From a virus (lineage: Duplodnaviria; Caudoviricetes): a stretch of 64,000 nucleotides of DNA. Below are positions 20,201 through 29,152 of the stretch, piece after piece (position 1 is the first letter of the stretch; each line of letters starts with the position of its first letter). Below the pieces are notes generated by a model, which was not told the DNA's origin, made no database searches, and saw only the letters and a list, made by a program, of their open reading frames with translations. The stretch is from the IMG/VR virus record IMGVR_UViG_3300031784_000002; one strand, written 5' to 3'. A program made the translations under genes and the position numbers.

Positions 20201-20312
20201 GTCCTTTTGCTCAAGAATGAACGGCATGAAGGATAGACTAACTTCCGCAGAAACCGCAAGAGATCCAGATTCAAACATCAACAAAGCCCTTCGTCGTTGG
20301 AACTGTAACTAA
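17232..20312 (+). CDS. Large modular, highly charged probable internal virion protein
   Basis: 1026 aa, K/E-rich; duplicated LDPVG..DNDGD module; repeated hydrophobic-x-E junctions; TAAATA at 17200. Confidence 0.75.
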   Translation: MASWEEFSRIVAEAKSVKKLDPVGHEDDDVDNDGDSDSSDTYLKKRRATVGAAIAADKKRKVEEAKQLDPVGKEDKDIDNDGDHDKSDKYLLNRRKVRSKIIDPQERLKTDRDMFNIPKSEQEAARERILAKTKAKRMKEEVEQIDEIAPLVAAGLAAGGAALAGAAINRAKKAADSGVDAANKGLKVKNPGTGIAGAAYGMQKRNNALNDAMKQLRQSYEFEGEIVDEDKEYRREMAKAAARERAEEKRSEENYRTKGRIGKKKAGPKLSTTPHRESESKNYADKEVGSIKLYDKLTKKNKNVVGLVTKEENEIEEGMSMKDFKANRQKNKRRAASADAEKRGHVGKEWYNSGRKYSPDEAKRSRANMDDEERRTRHRSAVDPDNEDDNNYSADKTKNPKKLRKQKAMGEGYLAEKSLSRAQQRFMGMVYAAKKGETPASPEVAKAASGMSKKAARDFAKTKHEGLPEKKEEFSLVDRLVMEFSPLSEGKLDDLLADIRSEDDGNKKKPQSKKSEPVKKPQAKKSEPVKKPQAKKSESERKEQSKEEVKTRNTATERAARTSAASRIRAARIARETEKEKEAARTERQRERMSYAEKNKESKAKQKELESKKKEESSAAKAKQKEDDKKRKEQASAAKESAKAKQKEAKDRQSELEKKEREKKNQLKAKEDSRKQRRSELARDVKSAWSGSTKVAGDKKDTEAVAAGMSNVGSLVSGVAKTGLALGKYAYKKAKEKRAEKTSETPSSNQPEKKEPTKPEAPQSTSSATQKAPTTTKPDTTQKKLTGTPERTKLTATPERKKLVPSTKRLPPAGQTTTNASPKRETGMTLGQRARRNPALKSALMKNRMEEYSNWREEFIFEVDDQTVQNQKQKVIDVSKKKNKIEINPTMSEGCGCDEKENEKETPKKDMRDLPTKVNLLKTKLRSAGVRNPIVMVGVKEDWQSVNRKDKTDGLSQKAVDVYRRENPGSKLQTAVTEKKPTGKRAERRKSFCSRMNGMKDRLTSAETARDPDSNINKALRRWNCN
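18753..18846 (+). repeat. 33-bp tandem repeat x3 (KKPQ[S/A]KKSEPV)
   Basis: AAACCTCAAGCAAAAAAGTCTGAACCTGTAAAA-type units seen directly. Confidence 0.85.
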
Positions 20313-20313
20313 A

Positions 20314-20631
20314 ATGAAATCCTTCAAACAATTTTTATCAGAATCTATCAATATTGCTGGTGACTTTAACGGCAACCTATACGTCAATGGTTCTGAACCA
20401 CAATCGCAACCAGTTGGAGAGTCTTTCTTTGCTGATGTAATGTGGGAAGGAAAGATTTATAGACTGGAAGTGGAGGGTTCTATGATGGATAAGAACGCTC
20501 TTGCTGAACAACTTCAGGATGAGTATCCTGGAGCAATTGTTCACAACATTTATCCATCACAATCACAAAGTTCTTTAAGAATTAAAAATACGCAAAGATA
20601 TCAACCAGAAAGACTAACTTGGACTGATTAA
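20314..20631 (+). CDS. Small protein with capsid-targeting-like N-terminus
   Basis: Starts MKSFKQFLSE-S. Confidence 0.75.
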   Translation: MKSFKQFLSESINIAGDFNGNLYVNGSEPQSQPVGESFFADVMWEGKIYRLEVEGSMMDKNALAEQLQDEYPGAIVHNIYPSQSQSSLRIKNTQRYQPERLTWTD

Positions 20632-20633
20632 TT

Positions 20634-21908
20634 ATGGCACAATGGAATAAGAAAACACAAGACTTCTTAGATCAAGAAAGAAGTCTCTTTGAGGTTTATA
20701 ATATCGCAGATCACTGGGGAAACCAGACGGACTGGAGACCTCAATTTACTAACAACAACAGATTTAAAATATCTCCATATCAAACAGTATTCTTCAACAC
20801 CTTCCAGTACGGTAAAGAAACTGATGTATGGGATGAAAGAGTAGTTGGAGTTGGAACTGCAACTCATAATGCATCGTCCAGTAATGTGATAATGCAAGTT
20901 GGATCAACTGCAGGAAGTAAAGTTATTCGTCAAACCAAGAATGTGATGAGATACATTCCTGGTAGAGGTGCAACTCTTGCATTTGCGATTCGTCTTGATA
21001 CTCCACAGGTAGGTATTCGCAGAAGATTTGGATTGTTTGATGATTATAATGGGGCATTCTTTGAGAATGATGGACTTACATACTCATATGTAATTCGCAG
21101 TACTGTAAGTGGAATTACTACAGAAACCAGAGTATACAGAGATGATTGGAATGGTGAGAAGTTTGATGGTAATGGATGGACTGGAGTGACTGCAGATCCA
21201 ACAAAACAACAAATGATTTCCATCAATTATGAATGGTATGGTGCTGGCATTGTGCAATTTGCTTGGTTGATGAAGAATGAGACTGTTGTATCTCATACTT
21301 TTGAGAACTCAAATACAAATCCAGGAGTTTGGTGTTCTACTCCATTCTTACCTATTAGACTTGAGATAGAAAATGTAACTGGTGTTGCAGGAACTCATTA
21401 CATGTATCAAGGTTCTAATTCTCTTATTCAAGAGGGAGAACCAGAAAAACTTGGAACTCTTTTGAGTATATCCAATCCCATCACAGGGACAACGATGGCA
21501 GCGGCAAATACATTTTATCCAATTATAAGTCTTCGTCTCAAATCTAATAACCTAACTGGTGTGATGCTTTTGAGATCATTACAGGCAGCAACAAATGATA
21601 ATACGAATGTGTATTGGAAACTTCTACAAAATGCAACACTGACTGGAGGGACTTGGGTGGATCATCCAGATCCAAACTCCTTTATGCAGTATAATATAAC
21701 TCAAACAGCAGTATCTGGTGGAAGCGATCTTTTGAGTGGTTTTGTGATTGCTGGTGGTGGGGCATTAGTTGATCTTGATGTTAGAGCAGCACTACAGATA
21801 GGTAGAAGTGGTATTGGAACAATCAGTGACACTTATACTCTTGCTTGTGCAAGTCCCAATAGTAACAAAGCAGCACTTGCAGTTCTGAACTGGATTGAAC
21901 AGAGGTAA
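20634..21908 (+). CDS. Probable virion structural protein (beta-rich)
   Basis: 424 aa rich in G/T/N and aromatic residues; lies in the late block; no catalytic motif recognised. Confidence 0.65.
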   Translation: MAQWNKKTQDFLDQERSLFEVYNIADHWGNQTDWRPQFTNNNRFKISPYQTVFFNTFQYGKETDVWDERVVGVGTATHNASSSNVIMQVGSTAGSKVIRQTKNVMRYIPGRGATLAFAIRLDTPQVGIRRRFGLFDDYNGAFFENDGLTYSYVIRSTVSGITTETRVYRDDWNGEKFDGNGWTGVTADPTKQQMISINYEWYGAGIVQFAWLMKNETVVSHTFENSNTNPGVWCSTPFLPIRLEIENVTGVAGTHYMYQGSNSLIQEGEPEKLGTLLSISNPITGTTMAAANTFYPIISLRLKSNNLTGVMLLRSLQAATNDNTNVYWKLLQNATLTGGTWVDHPDPNSFMQYNITQTAVSGGSDLLSGFVIAGGGALVDLDVRAALQIGRSGIGTISDTYTLACASPNSNKAALAVLNWIEQR

Positions 21909-21910
21909 CA

Positions 21911-22063
21911 ATGAATCAGTTTCCTTGGGGAGTAATAGTGATACTGGGCTCTGGACTCATATTCACTTGTTATTGTATCTACTACATATTAAAGTTAGCT
22001 CATGAGGAAATGAAAGATGAAGAACCTGGCTCTCATTCTATCAACAACAAGTCTAGTCATTAG
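21911..22063 (+). CDS. Small membrane protein (50 aa)
   Basis: Read manually: MNQFPWGVIVILGSGLIFTCYCIYYILK...; GAGG RBS. Confidence 0.5.
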   Translation: MNQFPWGVIVILGSGLIFTCYCIYYILKLAHEEMKDEEPGSHSINNKSSH

Positions 22064-22229
22064 TGGAGTACTTTGTTATGGTGCTTATGTGACCTATCAG
22101 AAAGCACAGAAAATTCTGGATAACCCAGAAGAGTTTGTTGGAGCTGTTGTAGAAAAACAAGTCACCAAGGCATTTGAGAAACTGCCCATTCCTAAACTAA
22201 ATACTGAGAAGTTTAAATTACCTTTCTAA
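22017..22229 (+). CDS. Small N-terminally anchored protein
   Basis: Hydrophobic N-terminus; GAGGA RBS. Confidence 0.65.
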   Translation: MKNLALILSTTSLVISGVLCYGAYVTYQKAQKILDNPEEFVGAVVEKQVTKAFEKLPIPKLNTEKFKLPF

Positions 22230-22642
22230 TGTCTGATAAAGATCCTTATATTTACCGTATTCGTTCGGTACATAAAGTTGTCGATGGAGATACGATAGAT
22301 GCTGACATTGATTTGGGCTTTGATATTTCTCTCACTAAGCGAATTCGCCTTGCTGGGGTTGATACTCCTGAGTCACGTACTACAGATGCGAATGAAAAGA
22401 AACTCGGACTGGAATCAAAGGAATGGTTGAAACATCGTCTTGAAGGTGCAAAAGATATCATTATCAAAACAGAACTTCCAGACTCTACCGAAAAGTATGG
22501 TCGTATTATTGGTCACCTTTTTATCAATGGAGAAGGAACCTCTCTTAATAATCAGATGATCACTGAAGGATACGCTTGGCTGTACGATGGTGGTACAAAG
22601 AAAAAGGACTTTGTGGAACTTTTAAGTAGAAGGAAACCATAA
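22229..22642 (+). CDS. Staphylococcal-nuclease-like (thermonuclease) protein
   Basis: KVVDGDTIDA, RIRLAGVDTPE, KYGRIIG, NNQMITEGYA. Confidence 0.9.
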   Translation: MSDKDPYIYRIRSVHKVVDGDTIDADIDLGFDISLTKRIRLAGVDTPESRTTDANEKKLGLESKEWLKHRLEGAKDIIIKTELPDSTEKYGRIIGHLFINGEGTSLNNQMITEGYAWLYDGGTKKKDFVELLSRRKP

Positions 22643-22670
22643 ATACGGCTGCCTATACATAGAGGTCATC

Positions 22671-22844
22671 ATGGGAGCAGTTGTCGCTGTAGTAAAACCA
22701 CTTCTTTTACAACTTGCTGCAAGTCCAGCAGTTAAGAATCTCGTTATTTCTCTTCTTGAGAAGTATGTAAAGTCCACTGATAATAGTGTTGATGATGTAC
22801 TTTTTGCAACAGTTAAAGAAGCACTCTTTAAACCACAAGCATGA
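22671..22844 (+). CDS. Small hypothetical protein (57 aa)
   Basis: Read manually: MGAVVAVVKPLLL...LFKPQA; TAAATA at 22640, GAGG RBS. Confidence 0.6.
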   Translation: MGAVVAVVKPLLLQLAASPAVKNLVISLLEKYVKSTDNSVDDVLFATVKEALFKPQA

Positions 22845-23005
22845 TTACTTGTTTAGTAACCAATTGGGGAGTAACCATCGTTCTTGGATTACTCCTCTCT
22901 CTTTCTGAGTGGTTATCCAAAACAAAAAGAACGGAAGCGAATGGTATTATAGACTTTATAACATTATTTTTAAGAACAGTACTCAACAAAGGCCCTAAGA
23001 ACTAG
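22841..23005 (+). CDS. Small membrane protein (54 aa), holin-like candidate
   Basis: Read manually: MITCLVTNWGVTIVLGLLLSLSEWL...; ATGA-coupled; followed by a GGCCCTA/TAGGGTC hairpin and T run. Confidence 0.5.
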   Translation: MITCLVTNWGVTIVLGLLLSLSEWLSKTKRTEANGIIDFITLFLRTVLNKGPKN

Positions 23006-23059
23006 GGTCTATTTTTTTATAAATAAGATTTAGATAAGACAATAATTTGGAGAAAACCG

Positions 23060-23617
23060 ATGCCTCTTTGGGGAAATTCTACTTCAGACGAATCAAGACC
23101 TAAGTGGTTACGCGCAGGCGATAAACCAGCTAATGATCTCAATGAGTGTTTTGCTGATGAGAGAGGTTGGGTGATCAGACATGCAGATGGTAACGAAGAG
23201 GTTCTTTGTGCAATCGGTGGACTAGCTGGTGCAGGTTCTACAACTGCTGGTCTTGGTAACGCAACTATCGTTCGTGTATACCTTGGTGCAACTGGTTATT
23301 CAACATCTTCTACTGGAACAGTTTACGTTCAGTATAATGAGAAAGTAGACGTTAAGAATCTTGCCGCTACTCTCAATGTAACCGCGTCTATTGCAGGTAC
23401 TTTAGTTGCTTATGCAACCACAACTACTGCAAACAAGACTGTAGGGTTTGCGTTCACAACTCCTGCTGCTGCACAAACTCTTGTAGTCGCTGGCCAAACA
23501 ATCGCTGGTATCATCACTGATACTTCAACCGCAGTTGCTTCTGATAAGATCTTTATCTCTACTGAAGTAACCGGTGCTGGTGGTAGTGGAATCGTAACAA
23601 CATCCGCAGTTTCCTGA
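23060..23617 (+). CDS. Probable virion structural protein
   Basis: TATAAATA at 23018; A/T/G-rich, Ig-like composition. Confidence 0.65.
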   Translation: MPLWGNSTSDESRPKWLRAGDKPANDLNECFADERGWVIRHADGNEEVLCAIGGLAGAGSTTAGLGNATIVRVYLGATGYSTSSTGTVYVQYNEKVDVKNLAATLNVTASIAGTLVAYATTTTANKTVGFAFTTPAAAQTLVVAGQTIAGIITDTSTAVASDKIFISTEVTGAGGSGIVTTSAVS

Positions 23618-23632
23618 TAATATGATTAGATT

Positions 23633-24004
23633 ATGAGATTTAATGAATTGAACGAAGATAATTATATAATGTTTGCAATAAAACATTACGAGAATCCTCA
23701 TGCGGTGACGCAAGAGGATTTTTATGAAGATTTAAAAAGATTTAAGTGGGTGAAGAGACTTTTAAAAAGGTATAAAACTACTGGTATTTTAAAGTCTCAT
23801 CTCCTTATGAATCATTTTATTATTCTTTATAATGTTTTTGGAGAAGCCGCAACTCCTCTTTTATTCTACAAAATTGATAGGGATTTGTGGCCAGTTATAA
23901 AAAGTTTTGTAGTATATCTTGGAAGACTACCTGAATATCCAAGATCAACATTACATGATATTCCACTAGATGAAGATTGTCTCAGAGATCTCAATAGAAT
24001 ATGA
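23633..24004 (+). CDS. Conserved T4-like phage hypothetical protein
   Basis: FAIKHYENP...EDLKRFKWVKRLL...NHFIILYNVFG pattern typical upstream of primase. Confidence 0.8.
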   Translation: MRFNELNEDNYIMFAIKHYENPHAVTQEDFYEDLKRFKWVKRLLKRYKTTGILKSHLLMNHFIILYNVFGEAATPLLFYKIDRDLWPVIKSFVVYLGRLPEYPRSTLHDIPLDEDCLRDLNRI

Positions 24005-24216
24005 AAGACCACGTTCTCCAAAATGCAATTAATATTATCCGTAACCTCATGGAAGAGGGTATGGTTGTTGGTACTGGAGGATTTACGGGTTCTGCAGATC
24101 CAAAAGGTCCAGTTGCTGGATTTGATCCTATGATGAAACCTGATGGTAGAAGTAAAATAATGAGAAGATTGCCTCCCCAATATAGAAAATCATTAACATC
24201 TAAGAAGAAGGTATAG
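24001..24216 (+). CDS. Small hypothetical protein
   Basis: LMEE-G junction followed by a Gly-rich segment. Confidence 0.65.
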   Translation: MKDHVLQNAINIIRNLMEEGMVVGTGGFTGSADPKGPVAGFDPMMKPDGRSKIMRRLPPQYRKSLTSKKKV

Positions 24217-24220
24217 TACG

Positions 24221-24643
24221 ATGTTCTCCCAAGAATCAAAACTAGCGGTTCTTGAATCTAAACTTAACATTTATGAAGACCTGTCCCGCGAAATGTTATC
24301 TAAGTTAGAGTCAGCGGTAGATAAAATTTCGGAAGGAAATAATCGTATTGCAATGATTCTTGCAAAACATGATGAAAGAATAGAACAGAGTATAAAGTCA
24401 GATACCTTAATCATTAAAATGATTGAGGATATGAAAGAAGAAAATAAAGAAGATCATGTAACGGTAATTAAAAGAATTGAAAAAATAGAAACATCAGTAG
24501 AAGAACTTAAAAAATTTAAATGGCAAATGGGTGGAATTGCTGCAATCGCAGTGGTAGTCGTTGGAATTCTTCCCCATTTCATTGACAGGATCCTTCCACC
24601 GCAGTATAATGGATCAACACAGATCCAAAATACTACACGATGA
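24221..24643 (+). CDS. Coiled-coil protein with C-terminal TM segment
   Basis: Heptad-rich body, then GGIAAIAVVVVGIL. Confidence 0.75.
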   Translation: MFSQESKLAVLESKLNIYEDLSREMLSKLESAVDKISEGNNRIAMILAKHDERIEQSIKSDTLIIKMIEDMKEENKEDHVTVIKRIEKIETSVEELKKFKWQMGGIAAIAVVVVGILPHFIDRILPPQYNGSTQIQNTTR

Positions 24644-25644
24644 GTCTTATTGACACCAAATACATTGGATTAGTTTCGGTCAAACTCCAGAAATTTGCAA
24701 AAAAGAAGACAGGTTTATATAACTTTCGTTGTCCATATTGCGGAGATTCTGAAAGACATAAAAATAAAGCCAGGGGATATCTGTATCAACTGAAGAACGA
24801 TCATAACTTCAAGTGTCACAACTGTGGCGTCTCCAGAACCTTCACAAACTTCCTGAAGGATGTTGACCCCGCATTGCATGATCAATACGTCTTTGAGAGG
24901 TATAAGGCTGGTGCCACCGGCAAAGGATCAAACACTCCAGAACCCCAAGTGTTTAAATTTGATAAACCAGTTTTTACTCAAAAGGATTTTGATCTGCCAA
25001 AAATTTCAGAACTAAATACAACACACCCCGCAAGACAATTTTTAGACAACCGAAGAATTCCCGTTAAGTATCTGGGCGAACTTTACTTCGCCGAAAAGTT
25101 CAAGGAATGGACTAATTCTCAAAAATATACTTTTGAAAATCTAAAGAATGAAGAACCAAGGATCATAATTCCCTTAAAGAATCACGGAAAGATATTCGGG
25201 TTTCAGGGGAGATCGCTCAATCCAAAATCAAAACTTAAGTACATCACAATCATTTTGGATGACCACCACCCCAAGATCTATGGTTTGGATAAGGTTGACT
25301 GGAATAAAACGGTTTATATTGTAGAAGGCCCTTTTGATAGTATGTTCATTGATAACTCTATTGCAATGGTCGGTGCAGATATAGACAAGATGTTTTTCGT
25401 TTCAAACTTTGAAACAGAATTTGTGATGGTTTACGATAATGAAAAACGAAACAAACAAATTGTTGATAGAATGGAGAAGGCGATAGATTGGAAATTTCCA
25501 ATTGTCATTTGGCCTGACACAATACAACAAAAAGACATTAACGATATGATTTTATCTGGACTTAACGTTCAATCTATGATAGAATCCAATGTCTATAGTG
25601 GATTACAAGCTAAAACAAAACTTACTAGTTGGAAGAAGACATGA
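24640..25644 (+). CDS. gp61: DNA primase (T4 gp61)
   Basis: Zn finger CPYCGD...CHNC; TOPRIM IVEGPFDSMF, YDNE; KDINDM. Confidence 0.96.
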   Translation: MSLIDTKYIGLVSVKLQKFAKKKTGLYNFRCPYCGDSERHKNKARGYLYQLKNDHNFKCHNCGVSRTFTNFLKDVDPALHDQYVFERYKAGATGKGSNTPEPQVFKFDKPVFTQKDFDLPKISELNTTHPARQFLDNRRIPVKYLGELYFAEKFKEWTNSQKYTFENLKNEEPRIIIPLKNHGKIFGFQGRSLNPKSKLKYITIILDDHHPKIYGLDKVDWNKTVYIVEGPFDSMFIDNSIAMVGADIDKMFFVSNFETEFVMVYDNEKRNKQIVDRMEKAIDWKFPIVIWPDTIQQKDINDMILSGLNVQSMIESNVYSGLQAKTKLTSWKKT

Positions 25645-27950
25645 GTAACGGGACCAAAGTTGTAAAAAGAAACGGAAATACTGAGAACCTGAACCTAGAC
25701 AAAATTCATAAGATGGTAGAAGAAGCGTGCAGCGGTCTCGCTGGTGTTTCTGCATCTCAAGTGGAAATGCAGTCAGGTATCCAATTTTATGATGGTATTA
25801 CCACTGCAGAGATTCAGGAAATCCTGATTCGTTCTGCATCCGATCTTATTGATCTTGAGACACCTAATTACCAATTTGTTGCGGCTAGACTTCTTCTGTT
25901 TGGACTTTACAAACAGGTGTTCGGCCCTTCGTGGAATCAAGGTTTTCCTCATATCTATAATCACCTAATGCATGGTGCTTGTAGTGGAATTTATGACAAA
26001 CTTCTCCCCGCAAAGTATTCTGATGAGGAGTGGGAGAAGATTAATTCATGGATTGATCATGACCGTGACTTCTTGTTCACTTATGCAGGCCTACGTCAGG
26101 TAGTTGACAAGTACCTTGTGCAAGATAGAAGTTCTGGGAATCTTTATGAGACTCCCCAGTATATGTACATGTTGATTTCTGCAACAATTTTTGCAGAATA
26201 TCCCAAAGAGAATAGACTGGACTACGTTCGTAGGTACTACAATGCAATCTCCAAACACCGAATCAACATCCCCACTCCCATCATGGCAGGAGTTAGAACA
26301 CCACTTCGACAATTTGCTAGTTGTGTTCTTGTTGATGTTGATGACACCCTCGATTCTATCTTTAGCTCTGATATGGCTATTGGTAGGTATGTCGCACAAA
26401 GGGCGGGTATCGGTATCAACGCAGGTCGCATCAGGGGCATCAACGCTAAAATCAGAGGTGGAGAAGTACAGCATACAGGCGTTGTTCCATTTCTCAAAAA
26501 GTTTGAAGCAACTGTCCGATGCTGCACTCAAAATGGCATCCGAGGTGGATCAGCAACTGTCCACTTCCCAATCTGGCACAAAGAAATAGAAGATATTATT
26601 GTTCTTAAGAATAATAAAGGAACCGAAGATAATCGTGTTCGTAAACTAGATTATTCAATTCAATTCTCCAGACTTTTTTATGAAAGATTCATTAATGATG
26701 AGGAAATGTCCCTCTTCTCACCTCATGATGTACAGTCAGTTTCTGATGCTTTCGGGCTTCCTGAGTTTGATGATCTCTATTTGGCTGCAGAACGAGATGA
26801 GTCTATTCCAAGAAAAACTGTCCGCGCTCAAGAACTTATTCTGAGTATTCTAAAAGAACGTGCGGAAACGGGTCGTATTTACATTATGAATATTGACCAT
26901 TGTAACTCTCACTCATCGTTCATTGATAAGGTGTGGATGAGTAATCTCTGTCAGGAAATCACTCTTCCTACAGATCCCATTCAACATATTGATGATGCTG
27001 CGGGTGAGATTGCGCTTTGTATTCTTTCTGCAGTTAACGTTGGTAAGATTCGTGAACTTGATGATCTTGAAGAACTTTGTGATCTTGCAGTTCGTAGTCT
27101 TGAAGAGTTGATTGATTATCAGGAGTACCCAGTTAATGCTGCAGAACTTGCTACCAAAGCTCGCAGGTCTCTTGGAGTTGGATACATTGGACTTGCACAC
27201 TACTTTGCAAAACATGGAGTCAAGTATGATTCTCAACAAGCTTGGGACATGACTCATGAGTTGACTGAATCATTCCAGTACTATCTACTCAAATCTTCTA
27301 ATCAGTTGGCCAAAGAAAAGGGTGCTTGTACTGACTTCAATCGTACAAAATATTTTGAGGGACATCTTCCTATTGATACATACAAGAAGGACGTAGACGA
27401 AATTTCATCCGTCGATTACAATCATGATTGGGAAAGTCTTAGAACATCCATCCTGGAACACGGTCTCAGGCACTCAACATTGTCCGCACAGATGCCATCG
27501 GAGAGCAGTTCCGTTGTGTCAAATGCAACCAACGGTATCGAACCACCTCGCGGATACTTGTCCGTTAAGAAGTCTAAGAAAGGTCCACTCAAACAAATCG
27601 TACCTCAGTATGGATCACTCAAAAATAATTATACTCTTCTATGGGACATGCCTGACAACACTGGTTATATTAACGTCGTTGCCGTCATGCAAAAGTTTTT
27701 TGACCAAGCCATCAGTGGAAACTGGTCCTACAATCCAGAAAACTACGCAGACAATGAAGTTCCAGTCTCAGTAATGGCTCAAGATCTTCTCAGAACTTAC
27801 AAGTTTGGATGGAAGACGAGTTATTATCAGAACACTTATGATCATAAGACTGATGAGGTAAAAGAAGATACCACTAAACAACAGTTGGATAAATTAGTTG
27901 AGGAAATTATGAATTCTAGTGAGGAAGATTGTGAAAGTTGCAAAATCTAG
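25641..27950 (+). CDS. nrdA: Ribonucleotide reductase class Ia alpha subunit
   Basis: N-terminal ATP cone (VVKRNG), PTPIMAG, SNLCQEI, C-terminal CESCKI. Confidence 0.97.
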   Translation: MSNGTKVVKRNGNTENLNLDKIHKMVEEACSGLAGVSASQVEMQSGIQFYDGITTAEIQEILIRSASDLIDLETPNYQFVAARLLLFGLYKQVFGPSWNQGFPHIYNHLMHGACSGIYDKLLPAKYSDEEWEKINSWIDHDRDFLFTYAGLRQVVDKYLVQDRSSGNLYETPQYMYMLISATIFAEYPKENRLDYVRRYYNAISKHRINIPTPIMAGVRTPLRQFASCVLVDVDDTLDSIFSSDMAIGRYVAQRAGIGINAGRIRGINAKIRGGEVQHTGVVPFLKKFEATVRCCTQNGIRGGSATVHFPIWHKEIEDIIVLKNNKGTEDNRVRKLDYSIQFSRLFYERFINDEEMSLFSPHDVQSVSDAFGLPEFDDLYLAAERDESIPRKTVRAQELILSILKERAETGRIYIMNIDHCNSHSSFIDKVWMSNLCQEITLPTDPIQHIDDAAGEIALCILSAVNVGKIRELDDLEELCDLAVRSLEELIDYQEYPVNAAELATKARRSLGVGYIGLAHYFAKHGVKYDSQQAWDMTHELTESFQYYLLKSSNQLAKEKGACTDFNRTKYFEGHLPIDTYKKDVDEISSVDYNHDWESLRTSILEHGLRHSTLSAQMPSESSSVVSNATNGIEPPRGYLSVKKSKKGPLKQIVPQYGSLKNNYTLLWDMPDNTGYINVVAVMQKFFDQAISGNWSYNPENYADNEVPVSVMAQDLLRTYKFGWKTSYYQNTYDHKTDEVKEDTTKQQLDKLVEEIMNSSEEDCESCKI

Positions 27951-29115
27951 TAAAGAACAGGAGTTACAAATGGTACAAGGAATGACCGTATTCAACACCA
28001 GCACCGATGTTGATACCCGCAAACAACCAATGTTTTTTGGACAACCACTAGGTTTGCAACGTTATGATCACTACAAATATCCAGTATTCGACAAGTTGAC
28101 CCAACAACAACTTGGATATTTCTGGAGGCCTGAAGAGGTCTCCCTCCAAAAGGATCGTGGTGATTATCAATCTCTTCGTCCTGAACAGAAACACATCTTC
28201 ACTTCTAACTTGAAGTATCAGATCATGCTCGATTCTGTTCAGGGTCGTGGTCCTGGTATGGCATTCATTCCTTATTGTTCTCTTCCTGAACTAGAGGCAT
28301 GTATGGAAGTGTGGGGGTTTATGGAGATGATTCATAGCCGTTCATATACTTACATCATCAAAAACATTTATTCTGACCCCAGTGAAGTGTTTGATACAAT
28401 TCTAGATGATGAAAAAATTATGAGCCGTGCAACTAATGTCACCGGTGCTTATGATGATTTCATTAATTCCGCACAAGAATATGGAACTTCTAATGCATGG
28501 AAGTTTGCACAAGAGGGTGCAGGATATTCTAGAGATGAACGTATGGAATTAAAAAGAAAACTTTATCGTGCTATCGCAAATGTCAATATTCTCGAAGGTA
28601 TCAGGTTTTACGTCTCGTTCGCTTGCAGCTTTGCGTTTGGTGAACTCAAGCTTATGGAAGGATCCGCTAAAATTATCTCTCTCATCGCAAGAGACGAAAA
28701 TCAGCACCTTGTCATTACTCAGAACATCCTCAATAAGTGGCGCGAAGGCGATGATCCAGAAATGCAACAAATTGCTAGAGAAGAGGAGGCGTGGGTAAAT
28801 ACTGCGTTTGAAAATTGCGTTAATGAGGAAAAGTCTTGGGCCAAGTATTTGTTCAAAGATGGTTCTATGATTGGTTTGAATGATAAACTTCTCAATAATT
28901 ATGTTGAGTGGATTGCAAATCGTCGTATGAAGTCGATTGGATTGAAACCACTTTACGATATTCCTGCAAAGAACAATCCACTTCCTTGGACTGAACACTG
29001 GATTTCTTCTAAGGGTCTTCAGGTAGCCCCACAAGAAACAGAAGTTGAGTCTTATGTTGTCGGTGGCATCAAACAGGATGTAAAAAAAGATACTTTTGCA
29101 GGATTCAAACTCTGA
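27919..29115 (+). CDS. nrdB: Ribonucleotide reductase class Ia beta subunit (start uncertain)
   Basis: FWRPEEV, DSVQGR, EMIHSRSY, EGIRFY, RDENQH, APQETE. Confidence 0.97.
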   Translation: MRKIVKVAKSSKEQELQMVQGMTVFNTSTDVDTRKQPMFFGQPLGLQRYDHYKYPVFDKLTQQQLGYFWRPEEVSLQKDRGDYQSLRPEQKHIFTSNLKYQIMLDSVQGRGPGMAFIPYCSLPELEACMEVWGFMEMIHSRSYTYIIKNIYSDPSEVFDTILDDEKIMSRATNVTGAYDDFINSAQEYGTSNAWKFAQEGAGYSRDERMELKRKLYRAIANVNILEGIRFYVSFACSFAFGELKLMEGSAKIISLIARDENQHLVITQNILNKWREGDDPEMQQIAREEEAWVNTAFENCVNEEKSWAKYLFKDGSMIGLNDKLLNNYVEWIANRRMKSIGLKPLYDIPAKNNPLPWTEHWISSKGLQVAPQETEVESYVVGGIKQDVKKDTFAGFKL

Positions 29116-29152
29116 TCTAAATATTAGTAACAACTGAATTGAAATAAGTTTT

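Noticed and set aside
8468-29115. Introns or inteins in gp43, gp41, nrdA and nrdB
   Set aside because: All are continuous ORFs of ordinary length with no intein-like or homing insertions seen.
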